A stretch of 64,000 nucleotides of DNA, taken from the sequence record NC_048054.1, one strand, 5' to 3'. The position numbers and the translations under genes were made by a program. Positions 10,101 through 20,044 of this stretch are shown here, piece by piece. The notes beneath the pieces are model-generated. The model was not told where the DNA came from. It did not search any database and saw only the letters and a program-made list of their open reading frames with translations. The first letter of the stretch is position 1; each line of letters begins with the position of its first letter.

Positions 10101-10721
10101 TTAAAGAGATGCAGTCATTAGTTCGAGTACATTCGACACTACATGCGCAGGACCGATTGAGATACCAGTATGTGCCTGTAAGTGGATTCGTTTAGTGAAC
10201 AGTTCGAGCGGGTCAGGACCACCGCCTGTTACTACGATACGTGGTATCTTTGGAAACATCTCAAGGATATCGCGCAGTCGTTCAATCTTATAGCTGGTGC
10301 TGTCCATCGTTACGTTGGTCAACACTAACAGAGATGGTCGCTTGCTTTTGAGTTGTTCATAGTCGAAGCGATCACCATACAGCGTTACCCAGCGTGGCTT
10401 GAGGGCGGTTGCTTCACTGTCCTCAACGGCGGCATTGAAGATATTCAGCGCAGCCATCTTCGCTCGATAATCATTTGGGAAACTGCTAATCACCGTAATG
10501 CGAGGGTCAGCTTCAAAAGGATTCTGAATCATCTTCGCAAGGTGAGTAAGCTGTTTGGTCTTGGACACAACGCGGCCTTTGAAGTAAGGCGATAACGGTT
10601 TATAGTCCTGCGCGGCTTCGACCACATCGAATTGCTCACGCTTACCAAACAGAAGCTGAGGGTCTACGCCCAGCGTTTGCATTTGCTTTGCTACATCAGG
10701 TTCAAAGTCGAAAGTTAACAC
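10101..10721 (-). CDS. Degenerate P-loop protein, possibly DnaC/IstB-like helicase loader, 206 aa
   Basis: GTG start with GAGG RBS. Strand-loop-helix VISSFPNDYRAKMAA at the Walker A position; PSLLVLTNV at Walker B; terminal PRIVVTG strand as in DnaC/IstB PTIITTN. Catalytic residues are not canonical. Confidence 0.35.
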   Translation of the reverse strand: MLTFDFEPDVAKQMQTLGVDPQLLFGKREQFDVVEAAQDYKPLSPYFKGRVVSKTKQLTHLAKMIQNPFEADPRITVISSFPNDYRAKMAALNIFNAAVEDSEATALKPRWVTLYGDRFDYEQLKSKRPSLLVLTNVTMDSTSYKIERLRDILEMFPKIPRIVVTGGGPDPLELFTKRIHLQAHTGISIGPAHVVSNVLELMTASL

Positions 10722-10741
10722 AATACCCTCCGTTGTTCATG

Positions 10742-11104
10742 TCAGGTATTTACAGATTCTGGAGCGCGTTGCCACACGACGAATCTGACGTTCAAGGCAT
10801 TTTCTTCGGTCTCAGCAGTAAGCCTAGGCTCGTACTTAGCTGCATACTGACGTATATGCTCAGGGCGAATTGCAAGTCGCGCGTTAATCCTGTGAATTGG
10901 GTTCGGCACAGATTCGTATGAGTAGTCTTCAATAGCGACCAGATTATCAATGCGGAGAACACCAGGAACATTAAACACTTTCGGCAGCACGCCAGGCTTG
11001 ATTGCTGATCCCAACACTGTCTCGTGATATTCGACAAGCGCTTTAACCAGCAAGCGGCCAGCAGCAGTAGACAGCGTTAGGTTATACTCAGTTCTAAAGT
11101 CCAT
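10742..11104 (-). CDS. Hypothetical protein, 120 aa
   Basis: AGGAG RBS; fills the gap in a co-oriented gene run. Confidence 0.7.
   Translation of the reverse strand: MDFRTEYNLTLSTAAGRLLVKALVEYHETVLGSAIKPGVLPKVFNVPGVLRIDNLVAIEDYSYESVPNPIHRINARLAIRPEHIRQYAAKYEPRLTAETEENALNVRFVVWQRAPESVNT
10747..10755 (-). promoter_or_regulatory. CTGTAAATA-class promoter motif
   Basis: Exact motif 26 nt upstream of start 10721, embedded in the 3' end of the upstream ORF. Confidence 0.6.
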
Positions 11105-11119
11105 GGTGTTCTCCTATTA

Positions 11120-11491
11120 TCACATCAGTGCCATTTCTGGATCGACATAGGTGTACTGAAACACAATACGCCAGCCTGATGCGGTTGTTTTATCTTCGTG
11201 GAAACGGAAGCCGTAGAACATGATGATGCCTGTGGCTTCCGGCTGTAGTGTTGGCTCGTAGATCGTAAATGCTTCTTCGAGCTTGAGCGCATCAGCAATA
11301 CTGATTGCCCAGTTATCGAGGTCAAACATACCCTCTGGAACTTCCCAGGAGATAGTATGCTTTTGCCAGTGTTCGGCTTGCATATCAGTATCTTTGGAAA
11401 TCCAGTCGAGGTGCTTGAGACCCATGTGCAGAGCAACAGCATGTGGGATGCCGTGCTCAGACATATAGCGTTGCAGTTGATCAAGACGCAT
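11120..11491 (-). CDS. Hypothetical protein, 123 aa
   Basis: AAGGA RBS; natural composition; preferred over the overlapping Cys/Ser-rich frame 11125..11496. Confidence 0.7.
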   Translation of the reverse strand: MRLDQLQRYMSEHGIPHAVALHMGLKHLDWISKDTDMQAEHWQKHTISWEVPEGMFDLDNWAISIADALKLEEAFTIYEPTLQPEATGIIMFYGFRFHEDKTTASGWRIVFQYTYVDPEMALM

Positions 11492-11804
11492 TGCATGATT
11501 CCTTAATGGTGCGTGGGAAGACTGTCACGTTAATGCGCGTGTGATCTTTGTGTTCAGGATGCGGTAGGCATTCATGAGACACAAGCCAAACATTCGTACA
11601 CTCCAGTTTGTCACGTATCACCATTAACAGGTTGGACATGACAGACACAGAATGCACAAAGTTAGAGAAATCGAGAGTGATGGTAATGACCTCACTCGTC
11701 GGCTCCTCGTCACCGTTACGCCACTGACTAACGTTCATTGACAGGCGGGATGCTTCACTCTTAATCATATCCATATCGAGAGTGTGCGGTAAACGCTCTT
11801 TCAT
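11481..11804 (-). CDS. Hypothetical protein, 107 aa
   Basis: AGGAG RBS; co-oriented. Confidence 0.7.
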   Translation of the reverse strand: MKERLPHTLDMDMIKSEASRLSMNVSQWRNGDEEPTSEVITITLDFSNFVHSVSVMSNLLMVIRDKLECTNVWLVSHECLPHPEHKDHTRINVTVFPRTIKESCNAS

Positions 11805-11841
11805 TTAAACTCCTTATAGCTTCAAAGAGACAGTCTATAAA

Positions 11842-12333
11842 TTAGAGAGCGAGACCTTTCAGGAGCAAACGCGCTGCGGCCGTGAACTGTTTCTTTTTGA
11901 GTTCAGGCAGCTTGCTGTAAAGGTCGATGATATCCGCAAGGCCGAGATCATTTTCATCTTCAACCACGTTTTCGTCATCGGCATAGCGACCTTCTTGTCC
12001 AGCAACACCATCAATGCCTCTCTGCCAATTAGCTTTAGTGGCAGTCAGGCGGAAGGTACCACGAACTTCTTCTTTGATGCGGCCCGTAACGGCCGTAGGG
12101 ATACGCACAACAGTGTGGTTGAGGTCCGCAATACGCTGCACAGCAAAGCCATCAGGGAACGCATCAAAAACAGCGGTCAGATCAATATCAGCCTGATTGT
12201 TAGGTGCAGGTGCTTTTGCAACGAACGAAACAATAAACGTTTCACCACCGTCTACATCATACTGCCCATCCATAATAATCTTTGGATTGGCACGTAACGT
12301 GTTGACGATAAGAGTATGCAATGGATCGAACAT
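11842..12333 (-). CDS. Hypothetical protein, 163 aa
   Basis: GAGG RBS; co-oriented. Confidence 0.7.
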   Translation of the reverse strand: MFDPLHTLIVNTLRANPKIIMDGQYDVDGGETFIVSFVAKAPAPNNQADIDLTAVFDAFPDGFAVQRIADLNHTVVRIPTAVTGRIKEEVRGTFRLTATKANWQRGIDGVAGQEGRYADDENVVEDENDLGLADIIDLYSKLPELKKKQFTAAARLLLKGLAL

Positions 12334-12335
12334 GA

Positions 12336-12818
12336 TTACTTCCTCAGGTAGTCTGCCAGCATAGCAATGTGATTGCTGATCATCTTCTTCTGGTCAGAGG
12401 TGAGTTTGCCGAAAGGCGGCAGGTCTGGATAGATACCGTGCATCGCCAGATAAGTTGTCTGTATATCTGCTTCTGGTCGTTTACCCACGCAGAAGATACA
12501 GCCTTTAAATAGATACGAAGGAGGGCAGCCTATTGGCGTATCGAGAACTTCAACGCTATCGCACGATAAGAACATCAGGCAATTGCCGAGAGTCTTACGC
12601 ACATCACTCATACCAACAACAGTCAGCTTCTCATAAGTAGCATCGACAAGGCTGGTTGCTGCACCCTCAATAGAAACGTTGACTCTAACATCAAGCTGGG
12701 CTGTAGCTGCACCAAGAACTGACTGGTGAACAAGTGTGATGCCCTCCTCCTTGAGGGCACGACGCAGCAATGCTTCAAACTCATTCTGCGGTTTTGGCTG
12801 TATTTCGTGAAGATTCAT
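12336..12818 (-). CDS. Hypothetical protein, 160 aa
   Basis: TAATG stop/start coupling with the helicase gene. Confidence 0.7.
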   Translation of the reverse strand: MNLHEIQPKPQNEFEALLRRALKEEGITLVHQSVLGAATAQLDVRVNVSIEGAATSLVDATYEKLTVVGMSDVRKTLGNCLMFLSCDSVEVLDTPIGCPPSYLFKGCIFCVGKRPEADIQTTYLAMHGIYPDLPPFGKLTSDQKKMISNHIAMLADYLRK

Positions 12819-14419
12819 TAGAATCGCCTCATGCCTAAGTTCGACGGCTGGCCTTTCACTTTCGCTTCTGGTTCGAAATAGTCAGGCAGTTCGCTATCAA
12901 GCGCCTCAGCCCGTGAAACAACTCCCATCCAGTCACGCAGTTTCTTCGGTGTACGCTTCGCTTTCGCGTAACCAAACTTCCAGCACATCTTGAGAACGGA
13001 ACGAGCACACTGCATCGAACGATCCATCTTCGGATCAATGAACATGCGAATAACAGGTGTGCGTTTGTTTTCCATCGGCGTCAGAATACGACACGATTCC
13101 TGCTTCCAGTTCGGCTCGTTGTTCATCGGCATGATGTAGTAAAGCGTGTCCCACTTCGGAACGTTCAGGCCGCGCTGCATCAGCTTACGCATACCGACAA
13201 CGCAACGTATCTTACCTTCACGCGCTGCATCAATAATCGGCTTACGCTTCTTCGCTTCTTTCGCACCACCAAGAAACACTGCCGCAATTTCTTCGCAGTA
13301 GTGCTCATTGATACGACGCACAAGCGCTCGCGCCTGATCGGTAAACATGATTGGGATTGCGATACTTCGACCGGCATCGAGGTCTTTGATAATCCACTCA
13401 AAGATCTTATCGTTGCGGTCTGGATGATTAGCAAGGAACTTACAGAATCGTACCCAACCACTTTTGTTGTTGTAGTTCGCTTTCGACTGCACTTTGTTCG
13501 ACGTTTTATGCAACGTGACCTTCGGCACCATTTCTTCAACGAACGCTTCGGCAATCACTGGACCAAAGATAGATTCAATCAGGTAGTGACGACCGTCTTT
13601 ACGCTTCGGCGTTGCAGTAAGACCAAAACGATACTTCATCTTGAGGCTGGCCAGTACGCGGCTGTAGCAGCTTGCGTTACCAGCGTGACATTCATCGACG
13701 AATAACGTACCGTAGTTCTCATTCAGCAACTTGAGTCGCTTTTTCGAGTTCTTACTGTCAGAGATCAGAGACTGATAGGTCACGAGGATAATCTGGAAGT
13801 TTTTATAATCGTCCAGCGTCTTCGGGAAACCATACAGCTTCTTACCGTATTTCTCTTCCAGCTGCGGAAGATTGGTCATCGCTTCGATAGTCTCTAAGAA
13901 ACCATCGAGGAAGTCTTTCTGGTCAGCCATAATGACTGTACGGAATCCAGAGTGACATGCACCAGCAGTACCGATAACCGTCTTACCAGAACGAGGCGGC
14001 GCTTTAAACACACCACACAGTTCACCGAACATCTTCTCGAACGGTTCTTCCTGATATTCACGCAGCTTGCCTGTGAACTTCACTTTATAATCAAACGGCA
14101 CACGGCTTGTACCGTTGACGAACTTCACTTCTTTCAGGCTTAACCCTGCTGTCTTTTCAAAGCGGTGCATCTCACCATACGGGATTGACACATAACGCTT
14201 ACCCTTAATCTCAGAGTATTTGGCCAGCACAGTTATATCAAGCAGACCACCCTTAGAACATTGACGACATTCTTCGGACGGCCGTATCGAACGATACTCA
14301 CAGTTCTTGCACACGGCATTTTCGAACTCGTAGTGAGTCATCTTCTTGATGATGTTGTCTGCGTCCACAACCTTAACAGGAATATGCAGACGGCTATCGA
14401 CCAATACTTTGGCAGTCAC
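12818..14419 (-). CDS. Superfamily 2 DNA helicase (UvsW-like) with N-terminal Cys4 Zn site, 533 aa
   Basis: APPRSGKT (Walker A), LFVDECH (DExH), GLTATPKR (motif III), QRGLNVP (motif V); CKNC...CRQC. Confidence 0.9.
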   Translation of the reverse strand: MTAKVLVDSRLHIPVKVVDADNIIKKMTHYEFENAVCKNCEYRSIRPSEECRQCSKGGLLDITVLAKYSEIKGKRYVSIPYGEMHRFEKTAGLSLKEVKFVNGTSRVPFDYKVKFTGKLREYQEEPFEKMFGELCGVFKAPPRSGKTVIGTAGACHSGFRTVIMADQKDFLDGFLETIEAMTNLPQLEEKYGKKLYGFPKTLDDYKNFQIILVTYQSLISDSKNSKKRLKLLNENYGTLFVDECHAGNASCYSRVLASLKMKYRFGLTATPKRKDGRHYLIESIFGPVIAEAFVEEMVPKVTLHKTSNKVQSKANYNNKSGWVRFCKFLANHPDRNDKIFEWIIKDLDAGRSIAIPIMFTDQARALVRRINEHYCEEIAAVFLGGAKEAKKRKPIIDAAREGKIRCVVGMRKLMQRGLNVPKWDTLYYIMPMNNEPNWKQESCRILTPMENKRTPVIRMFIDPKMDRSMQCARSVLKMCWKFGYAKAKRTPKKLRDWMGVVSRAEALDSELPDYFEPEAKVKGQPSNLGMRRF

Positions 14420-14421
14420 AT

Positions 14422-14967
14422 CTATTTCCTTACGTTCGGCAGACCGTACTCACGCTGGTTGATGATGTTCATCGTATCGACGAGTGCTTTAAACGCAAAG
14501 CCACATTTGTCAATATCCTTGATGTACAGGTCAAGCTCTTCCTTGAGCAGGTCAAGCGAATCAGCGTAGCGGTAGTATTCGGCCATAATATTTCTGATAC
14601 AACGCTCGCGTTCTTTCGCAGCGCCGACGGCTTTCAGATCTTTTGCATACGTGACCGTGGCGTAATCCTGAAATCGCTCCAGCATATCATTTAACAGTTT
14701 CGAGGCTGTGTGGATGTGCGTGAGAATCTCAGTCATACGGCTACGGTACGATTGATCTTGAATTATCGACTCGGCCAATTTGTTCAGAGCGGTAGGGTCG
14801 GAGATGTTGAGCGTTCTGACCTTACGCATCTTAAACAGTTTACGTGCTTCGTCTTGCAGTTCGGCGAGAGGCTGCTGGAAGATATCGTTGGTCTTATAGA
14901 TATCCCGCAGCTTCTTGTAGCGCTTGTCGTTCTTGACCTTTAATCGGATGCGCTTTAGGTCGTCCAT
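14422..14967 (-). CDS. Helical protein, UvsY-like recombination mediator candidate, 181 aa
   Basis: All-helical. C-terminal IDKCGFAFKALVD resembles the T4 UvsY C-terminal IKSRGFAIKHIQD. Adjacent to a UvsW-like helicase, as in T4. Confidence 0.45.
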   Translation of the reverse strand: MDDLKRIRLKVKNDKRYKKLRDIYKTNDIFQQPLAELQDEARKLFKMRKVRTLNISDPTALNKLAESIIQDQSYRSRMTEILTHIHTASKLLNDMLERFQDYATVTYAKDLKAVGAAKERERCIRNIMAEYYRYADSLDLLKEELDLYIKDIDKCGFAFKALVDTMNIINQREYGLPNVRK

Positions 14968-15413
14968 TAATCACCTTTATCAGTTACGAGAATCGGACTC
15001 TCAGGAGTCTTGTTCGGCATCGCAAAGAAACTGCCATGCTCGTCTCGATAAATTAGCAGACCCCCAGAAGGACCTTCAATTGGACAGGTGAAGTTGTATA
15101 GTTTTTCGAGTGGTGGCATGTAGCCAACAGACACTGCATTGAACGTACACCACTTCGCGGACACTTCAAGCAACGAGCCGACAACAGTGTCAGCCAGACG
15201 CAGATACGATTGCTTGAAGTGGTAGCTGTGTTCGATCGGTGCAACGCTATCAATATCAAGCGTATCGCCATACACAGCTTTATAGATCAGACAGAAACGA
15301 CGACGCCCACGCGGGGCATTAGGTATTTCATACAACACATCGTGTATGAGTGAAGAAACGTCCCCAACGAGGACGTTTTTCTTGACCACCAGCTGGGCCA
15401 TTTTATTTGTCAT
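14967..15413 (-). CDS. Hypothetical protein, 148 aa
   Basis: Translationally coupled on both sides. Confidence 0.7.
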   Translation of the reverse strand: MTNKMAQLVVKKNVLVGDVSSLIHDVLYEIPNAPRGRRRFCLIYKAVYGDTLDIDSVAPIEHSYHFKQSYLRLADTVVGSLLEVSAKWCTFNAVSVGYMPPLEKLYNFTCPIEGPSGGLLIYRDEHGSFFAMPNKTPESPILVTDKGD

Positions 15414-16588
15414 GCTGGCAGATAACCGAAGTACAACAGCGTGTGCGTGTCGAACTTATAGTTGAGGCTGAATGCGTTCAGGCTATTGATGTTCGCACCA
15501 TGGAAGCCCATGTTGTGTCGTTCTTCGCGGCCGATGTTACGCAGCAGCTCACGAATGATGCGCATGTCCAGAGAAGTAGTGAACTCTTTCTCAATCGGCT
15601 TCGCCAGTTTCAGGCTGTCCTGTACGCTACCGCTATCGTTACCAAACTTGAGTTTGAACTCTTGTTTCTTAACGTGGAGCTTCGCGTTCGTGTTACCTTT
15701 CTTCTCAATCAGAGTCGAGATGTTGGCGAATGGTGCAGACAGGTCACCTTTGATAACACAACCAAGCAACGGCTTACCGAGTTGCGCGATCATGTTGTCC
15801 ATGTAACGATAGTCTTCATCGCTTGCCTGAATCGGCGGCAGTGTCAGAACAAACGACTCTGCTTCGGCTGCGAACGAACTACTATCTACATGGAACGTTA
15901 CCTTTTCTTCACCGCAGAAGCGATAAATCAAATCGAACATCTCGCCAGTCAGACTGAAACGGAACGGCTTCACTTTCTTTTTCAGTGCTGCACGATAACG
16001 AGAAGACGTCCAGTGGCCAGGGCTAACGAGGCTCAGGCTTTCACCGTCACAGATAACACGACACATCACTGTCTGGCCTGTGATCGTATCTTTCAAACGA
16101 GTCAGCTTAACGCCCTGAGTCATCGCGTCGATTACTTCACGCGTCATCTCATGGCCGCCTTCGATGTGGTGATGCAGACCCTGCTCAACCATTGGAATCT
16201 GTTCGGCAGATACTGGACGCAGTTTAACTTCGGCTTTGTACTTGCCTTTCTGCTCGCTAATGTTCAGCGTCTTACCATCGAACTCGACGTTCAACTCTTT
16301 ACGCTTACTGATCAGGCCGGTCAACTGAATCGGGTCAATGTTCATGACCGTATCAGTGTCGGCAGTTGCGCCTGGGATTTGATACGCAACAAACGTATCA
16401 GGTGTACGACCCAATACGAACACGTCGGACTTATAAGTGACCAGCAAGTGAATGTGGGTCAACTTGTCGTCCGACTCAGAGAAACGCGTTACGCTATCAA
16501 CGCGTTTAAGAATATCTGACAGGAAGGTACCGTTCAGCACAAGGCTGCATTTCTTAGCGGGGTTCTTCGGTAATCGACAAGTCTTCAT
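15410..16588 (-). CDS. dnaN: DNA sliding clamp, Pol III beta-like, 392 aa
   Basis: Size and alternating beta/helix pattern consistent with three clamp domains. N-terminal FLSDILKRVDSV...LTHIHL resembles beta-clamp starts. Lies beside the DNA polymerase, and a DnaX-like loader is present. Confidence 0.6.
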   Translation of the reverse strand: MKTCRLPKNPAKKCSLVLNGTFLSDILKRVDSVTRFSESDDKLTHIHLLVTYKSDVFVLGRTPDTFVAYQIPGATADTDTVMNIDPIQLTGLISKRKELNVEFDGKTLNISEQKGKYKAEVKLRPVSAEQIPMVEQGLHHHIEGGHEMTREVIDAMTQGVKLTRLKDTITGQTVMCRVICDGESLSLVSPGHWTSSRYRAALKKKVKPFRFSLTGEMFDLIYRFCGEEKVTFHVDSSSFAAEAESFVLTLPPIQASDEDYRYMDNMIAQLGKPLLGCVIKGDLSAPFANISTLIEKKGNTNAKLHVKKQEFKLKFGNDSGSVQDSLKLAKPIEKEFTTSLDMRIIRELLRNIGREERHNMGFHGANINSLNAFSLNYKFDTHTLLYFGYLPA

Positions 16589-16847
16589 CTCTATCCTCTA
16601 AAACAAATTGTAGTGTGCCCTGGATATTTACAGCATTCAGGCGTTTACCTGTAGATGCAATCAGGCCATTCAGAACGCCGATAAAGTCAGCGCTGTAACA
16701 GTCAGGAGCGATCTGGTGAACATAGATATCATCAGGCACGTCACCAGGGTTAAGCTGCCAAGCAGTACGCAAGGCAGCACCCATGAATGCCGGACGTTCT
16801 ACCAGATGCCTGTTCAGGAACGAACATACATCTTCGGCCGTTATCAT
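16554..16847 (-). CDS. Hypothetical protein, 97 aa
   Basis: ATGA overlap with the polymerase stop. Confidence 0.6.
   Translation of the reverse strand: MITAEDVCSFLNRHLVERPAFMGAALRTAWQLNPGDVPDDIYVHQIAPDCYSADFIGVLNGLIASTGKRLNAVNIQGTLQFVLEDRDEDLSITEEPR
16625..16633 (-). promoter_or_regulatory. CTGTAAATA-class promoter motif
   Basis: Exact motif 37 nt upstream of the clamp start. Confidence 0.6.
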
Positions 16848-19800
16848 TTCTTCGCAATCCCCTTAAGTGCGGACTTGAGCATAGACCTACTGATTTTGAT
16901 TTTCTTCGGAGCACCACCGGCAGCAGCAGCTTTCTTAGCTTCCTCTTCTGCCTTGTACTTCTCAAACGTTTTGGTGTTCTTCGGAAGTTCAGCAAGCCAT
17001 TCTTCGATGTTCTTCTTGTCTTTATTGGTGAGAGGATTAACTTTGTCCATGCTACGAATTTTGATATCGTTAGCCCAAAGCTGTTTCTTCATCCAATCAG
17101 ACATGAGATGATACTGGTCTTCCATAATGCTGTCCAGTGTCTTCTCAACATCGAGGTCGGTCTCACCCAGCTCGTCACGTTTAATCTCAAGGCCGTCTTT
17201 AATGAGTTTCTTGAGTTGCGTGTAAGAGAAGTTCCAACCCTGCACGTCTTTCTCTGACGCACCGATTTCAAAGTCGATTTCAGGTACGGACGTGAACTCA
17301 AACCCTTCGTGACGCTTCTGTACTTTCTCGACCACTGCGCTGGTCATCGCACGTTCGATCATATCGAGCGCAAGGAAGATCCATTTGTAATCGCAGTCAA
17401 CGGTCAAGGAGTCGTGTACCGATACGTTCATATCGAAGTCAGGGTATTCGCCATTCGCTTTCCAGTAGTCATACTTCATGCGGTCAAGAATACGAATCGC
17501 GGACATCATCAAGTCAGAACCGAAGCCCTGAACTGGACTGTTTACCGCACGACGATCACACGCAGCATGAACCATGTTCGCTTCTTTGTGTGACTCAGGC
17601 AGCATCAAGCCCCAGAGATGACGACGACGACCAACTGGCGATTCAACAAAGAAGTTCTCGTGTGCAAACTTCTTAATCTTGTCGAACCATTTTAAGCCGA
17701 CAGGGAATCGTTTAAGGAACTTGCCTTTAATCTCAGCAATCTCCTCAACCTCACGTCCAGTTGACTTCGCAAGACCCTTATCGCCCTGCTGGTAGATCAG
17801 GCCGAAGATTACTGTCTTAACCGCGTTACGTACGGACTTGGTTACGTCCATTACGTTTGGAATACCAAAGAAGTATGCGGCGTTGATTTTGTGAACGTCA
17901 CCTTCTGCTTCGACGCGGTGTTCGATCCACGGGTCTGGTACTGTACGGAAACGATGACGCAACTTACGGCCCTGTTCGAATACGTCAGCAACACCCTGAT
18001 CCCCAGAGATGATTGACCAACCACGAACTTCGTGAGCCGAGTAGTCGACCTTGATAAGCAGTCTGTTCTTACGCGCAATCAGAATACGCTTGATCAGTTT
18101 ACCCATCTCGCTTCGACTTGGTACCTGTTGCAAGTTCGGGTCAGACGCTGAGGTACGTCCCGTTACAACTCCGAGATAACCATAAGTCGGTCGGATTGAA
18201 CGGTCGTGTTTGAAGTCCTCTGACTCTCCCCACAGTTTAAGCAGGCTGTTAACGTAGGCGTTCTTGAGCTTGTACGCTTTGCCGAGCTTTGTGTAGAGCG
18301 ACACCAACGGAATATCTGCATACGCCGCTTGGAAGTCTTTGTCGAGCTTGCCCGTCTTCTTGCCGTTCTCACGTAGCTGTTCCCCTTCTTTCAGAGGTTT
18401 GAGTTTCATCACATCGAAGAAGAGGATTTGTTTATGCTCCGACTTCGACATATCGAACTTGGTGACTTCGACTTTGCCCATAAGACCCATCTTAGGAACA
18501 TTGTCGTCTTTGCAAATCACCTTGTTCGCAGCCTTAACCTCAGGGCTGTTCATGAACTCACGCTCTACGTTTCGAATCTCCTCGTTAATAGGAGAGTTCG
18601 GCAGGTTGAGCTTAAACAGGTAGTCGATATCAGCGCCAGCACCTGTTGTTTCCAGAATGGAGAACGCATGAATCTGGTCAGAGATTTGCTCACTGACCAT
18701 CGACTCATACTTGCCATACTTAATGTCGTTCGCTCGAAGCATCTGCTTCTGTGCAATACGGAATGGAACGATAACGTCGAGGCCGGCATACTCTTGAACC
18801 GATTCGTCGAGGTCAACGTCAGCAATCGTAGCTCGCATCTCTTTACCGAACGACACTTCATGATACACCGTACAACCAAACTGCATTGTCAGGTTGGCCA
18901 AGTTGTAATAACCGTTACCAGTTACGTTCAACAACGACTTGGCGTTTTCATCGAAGGCGAACTCGCCCGCCTGAATATCCCAAACGTTTGCTGCATAACT
19001 GCGAATACCGAAGTTAGAGCGCATTACGTTCAGGTCGAACTTCGCGTTGGTATAGATTTGGTACTTGTTGTCGTTCTCCTCGAAGAAGTCCTTAAACAGT
19101 TCCTTAACCTTACGCAGTTCTTTCGGGCTGAATGGGCTGTCTCGGTGATAGACAGGTATGACATACGCTTTCTTACCGTCGTCCGATAGCTGTACCGTCA
19201 GAATCTTATTCTTAATACGGTTCAGGTTCTCGGTTTCTGTATCGACTGCAACCTTCTTGGCGCGCTTCATACGCTTCAAGATTTTCTCAAGTTGCTTGAC
19301 CTTCGTTACATACACGAGGTCCCAGTTACGGTTCTTACCACACGTAACTTCGTCGATCTTATAGCGCATCCCTTTATTCAGCCACGGCAACATCCAACGT
19401 GCCATGTAACCGAGAGTATACGACGAACCAGCGATGTGCATCGGGTTCAATACGGTGTGATAGCTAACGTTCGGCAGATGGATAAAGCTGTGTTTCTTAC
19501 CATCGTGCTTGAGCTTCGTAGGAATCTCCACACCGTACCAGTGCTCGTAGTGATCTTTCGAGAACTGAATCTTGTCGGCATTGAGCGCTTTGAATGGCGC
19601 CTTACCAAATGTTAGAACGTAGTCTGGCTTGTACTCAACAATCAAATCACGAATACGATCCGCAAACGCTTGGTCTGCGTCTTCTTTGAACTGCTCGCCC
19701 TTGTCATACGTCTTGAACATGTTGTACGAGACAACAAGGAAGTTCCAGTCGTCGAGAGTCGTCTTGGTCGGAAACGTATCTTCGAGATACTGAATCTGAT

Positions 19801-20005
19801 TCAGGAACAACTCACCTTCTGTGCTACTGAATATCTTGCCGTTACGCAAGTCTTCGGTTGGCATGTGATCGAGGACGAGTAGTGCTTTACCACCTTTAGC
19901 GCTTTTACTTACGCCTTTTAGTATTCGAACACCGTCGTATGTCTGCTGGTCGGCAAACTGCTCAGGTGGATCGAAGTCAAAAGCTATATGCTTGATTTTC
20001 ACCAT
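16844..20005 (-). CDS. polA: Family A DNA polymerase with 3'-5' exonuclease and N-terminal UDG-like domain, 1053 aa
   Basis: Exonuclease motifs AVDTET, NAKFD, YAGLD. Polymerase motifs TGRTSASDPNLQQVP, DYSAHEVR (A), RNAVKTVIFGLIY (B), NSPVQG, VHDS (C). N-terminal ~200 aa UDG-like (DHMPTEDLRNGKIFSSTEGELF, PDYVLTFGK). Confidence 0.95.
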   Translation of the reverse strand: MVKIKHIAFDFDPPEQFADQQTYDGVRILKGVSKSAKGGKALLVLDHMPTEDLRNGKIFSSTEGELFLNQIQYLEDTFPTKTTLDDWNFLVVSYNMFKTYDKGEQFKEDADQAFADRIRDLIVEYKPDYVLTFGKAPFKALNADKIQFSKDHYEHWYGVEIPTKLKHDGKKHSFIHLPNVSYHTVLNPMHIAGSSYTLGYMARWMLPWLNKGMRYKIDEVTCGKNRNWDLVYVTKVKQLEKILKRMKRAKKVAVDTETENLNRIKNKILTVQLSDDGKKAYVIPVYHRDSPFSPKELRKVKELFKDFFEENDNKYQIYTNAKFDLNVMRSNFGIRSYAANVWDIQAGEFAFDENAKSLLNVTGNGYYNLANLTMQFGCTVYHEVSFGKEMRATIADVDLDESVQEYAGLDVIVPFRIAQKQMLRANDIKYGKYESMVSEQISDQIHAFSILETTGAGADIDYLFKLNLPNSPINEEIRNVEREFMNSPEVKAANKVICKDDNVPKMGLMGKVEVTKFDMSKSEHKQILFFDVMKLKPLKEGEQLRENGKKTGKLDKDFQAAYADIPLVSLYTKLGKAYKLKNAYVNSLLKLWGESEDFKHDRSIRPTYGYLGVVTGRTSASDPNLQQVPSRSEMGKLIKRILIARKNRLLIKVDYSAHEVRGWSIISGDQGVADVFEQGRKLRHRFRTVPDPWIEHRVEAEGDVHKINAAYFFGIPNVMDVTKSVRNAVKTVIFGLIYQQGDKGLAKSTGREVEEIAEIKGKFLKRFPVGLKWFDKIKKFAHENFFVESPVGRRRHLWGLMLPESHKEANMVHAACDRRAVNSPVQGFGSDLMMSAIRILDRMKYDYWKANGEYPDFDMNVSVHDSLTVDCDYKWIFLALDMIERAMTSAVVEKVQKRHEGFEFTSVPEIDFEIGASEKDVQGWNFSYTQLKKLIKDGLEIKRDELGETDLDVEKTLDSIMEDQYHLMSDWMKKQLWANDIKIRSMDKVNPLTNKDKKNIEEWLAELPKNTKTFEKYKAEEEAKKAAAAGGAPKKIKISRSMLKSALKGIAKK

Positions 20006-20044
20006 CTAGTCCTATCAGAGTGTATAACACAAATTGATGGCTGT

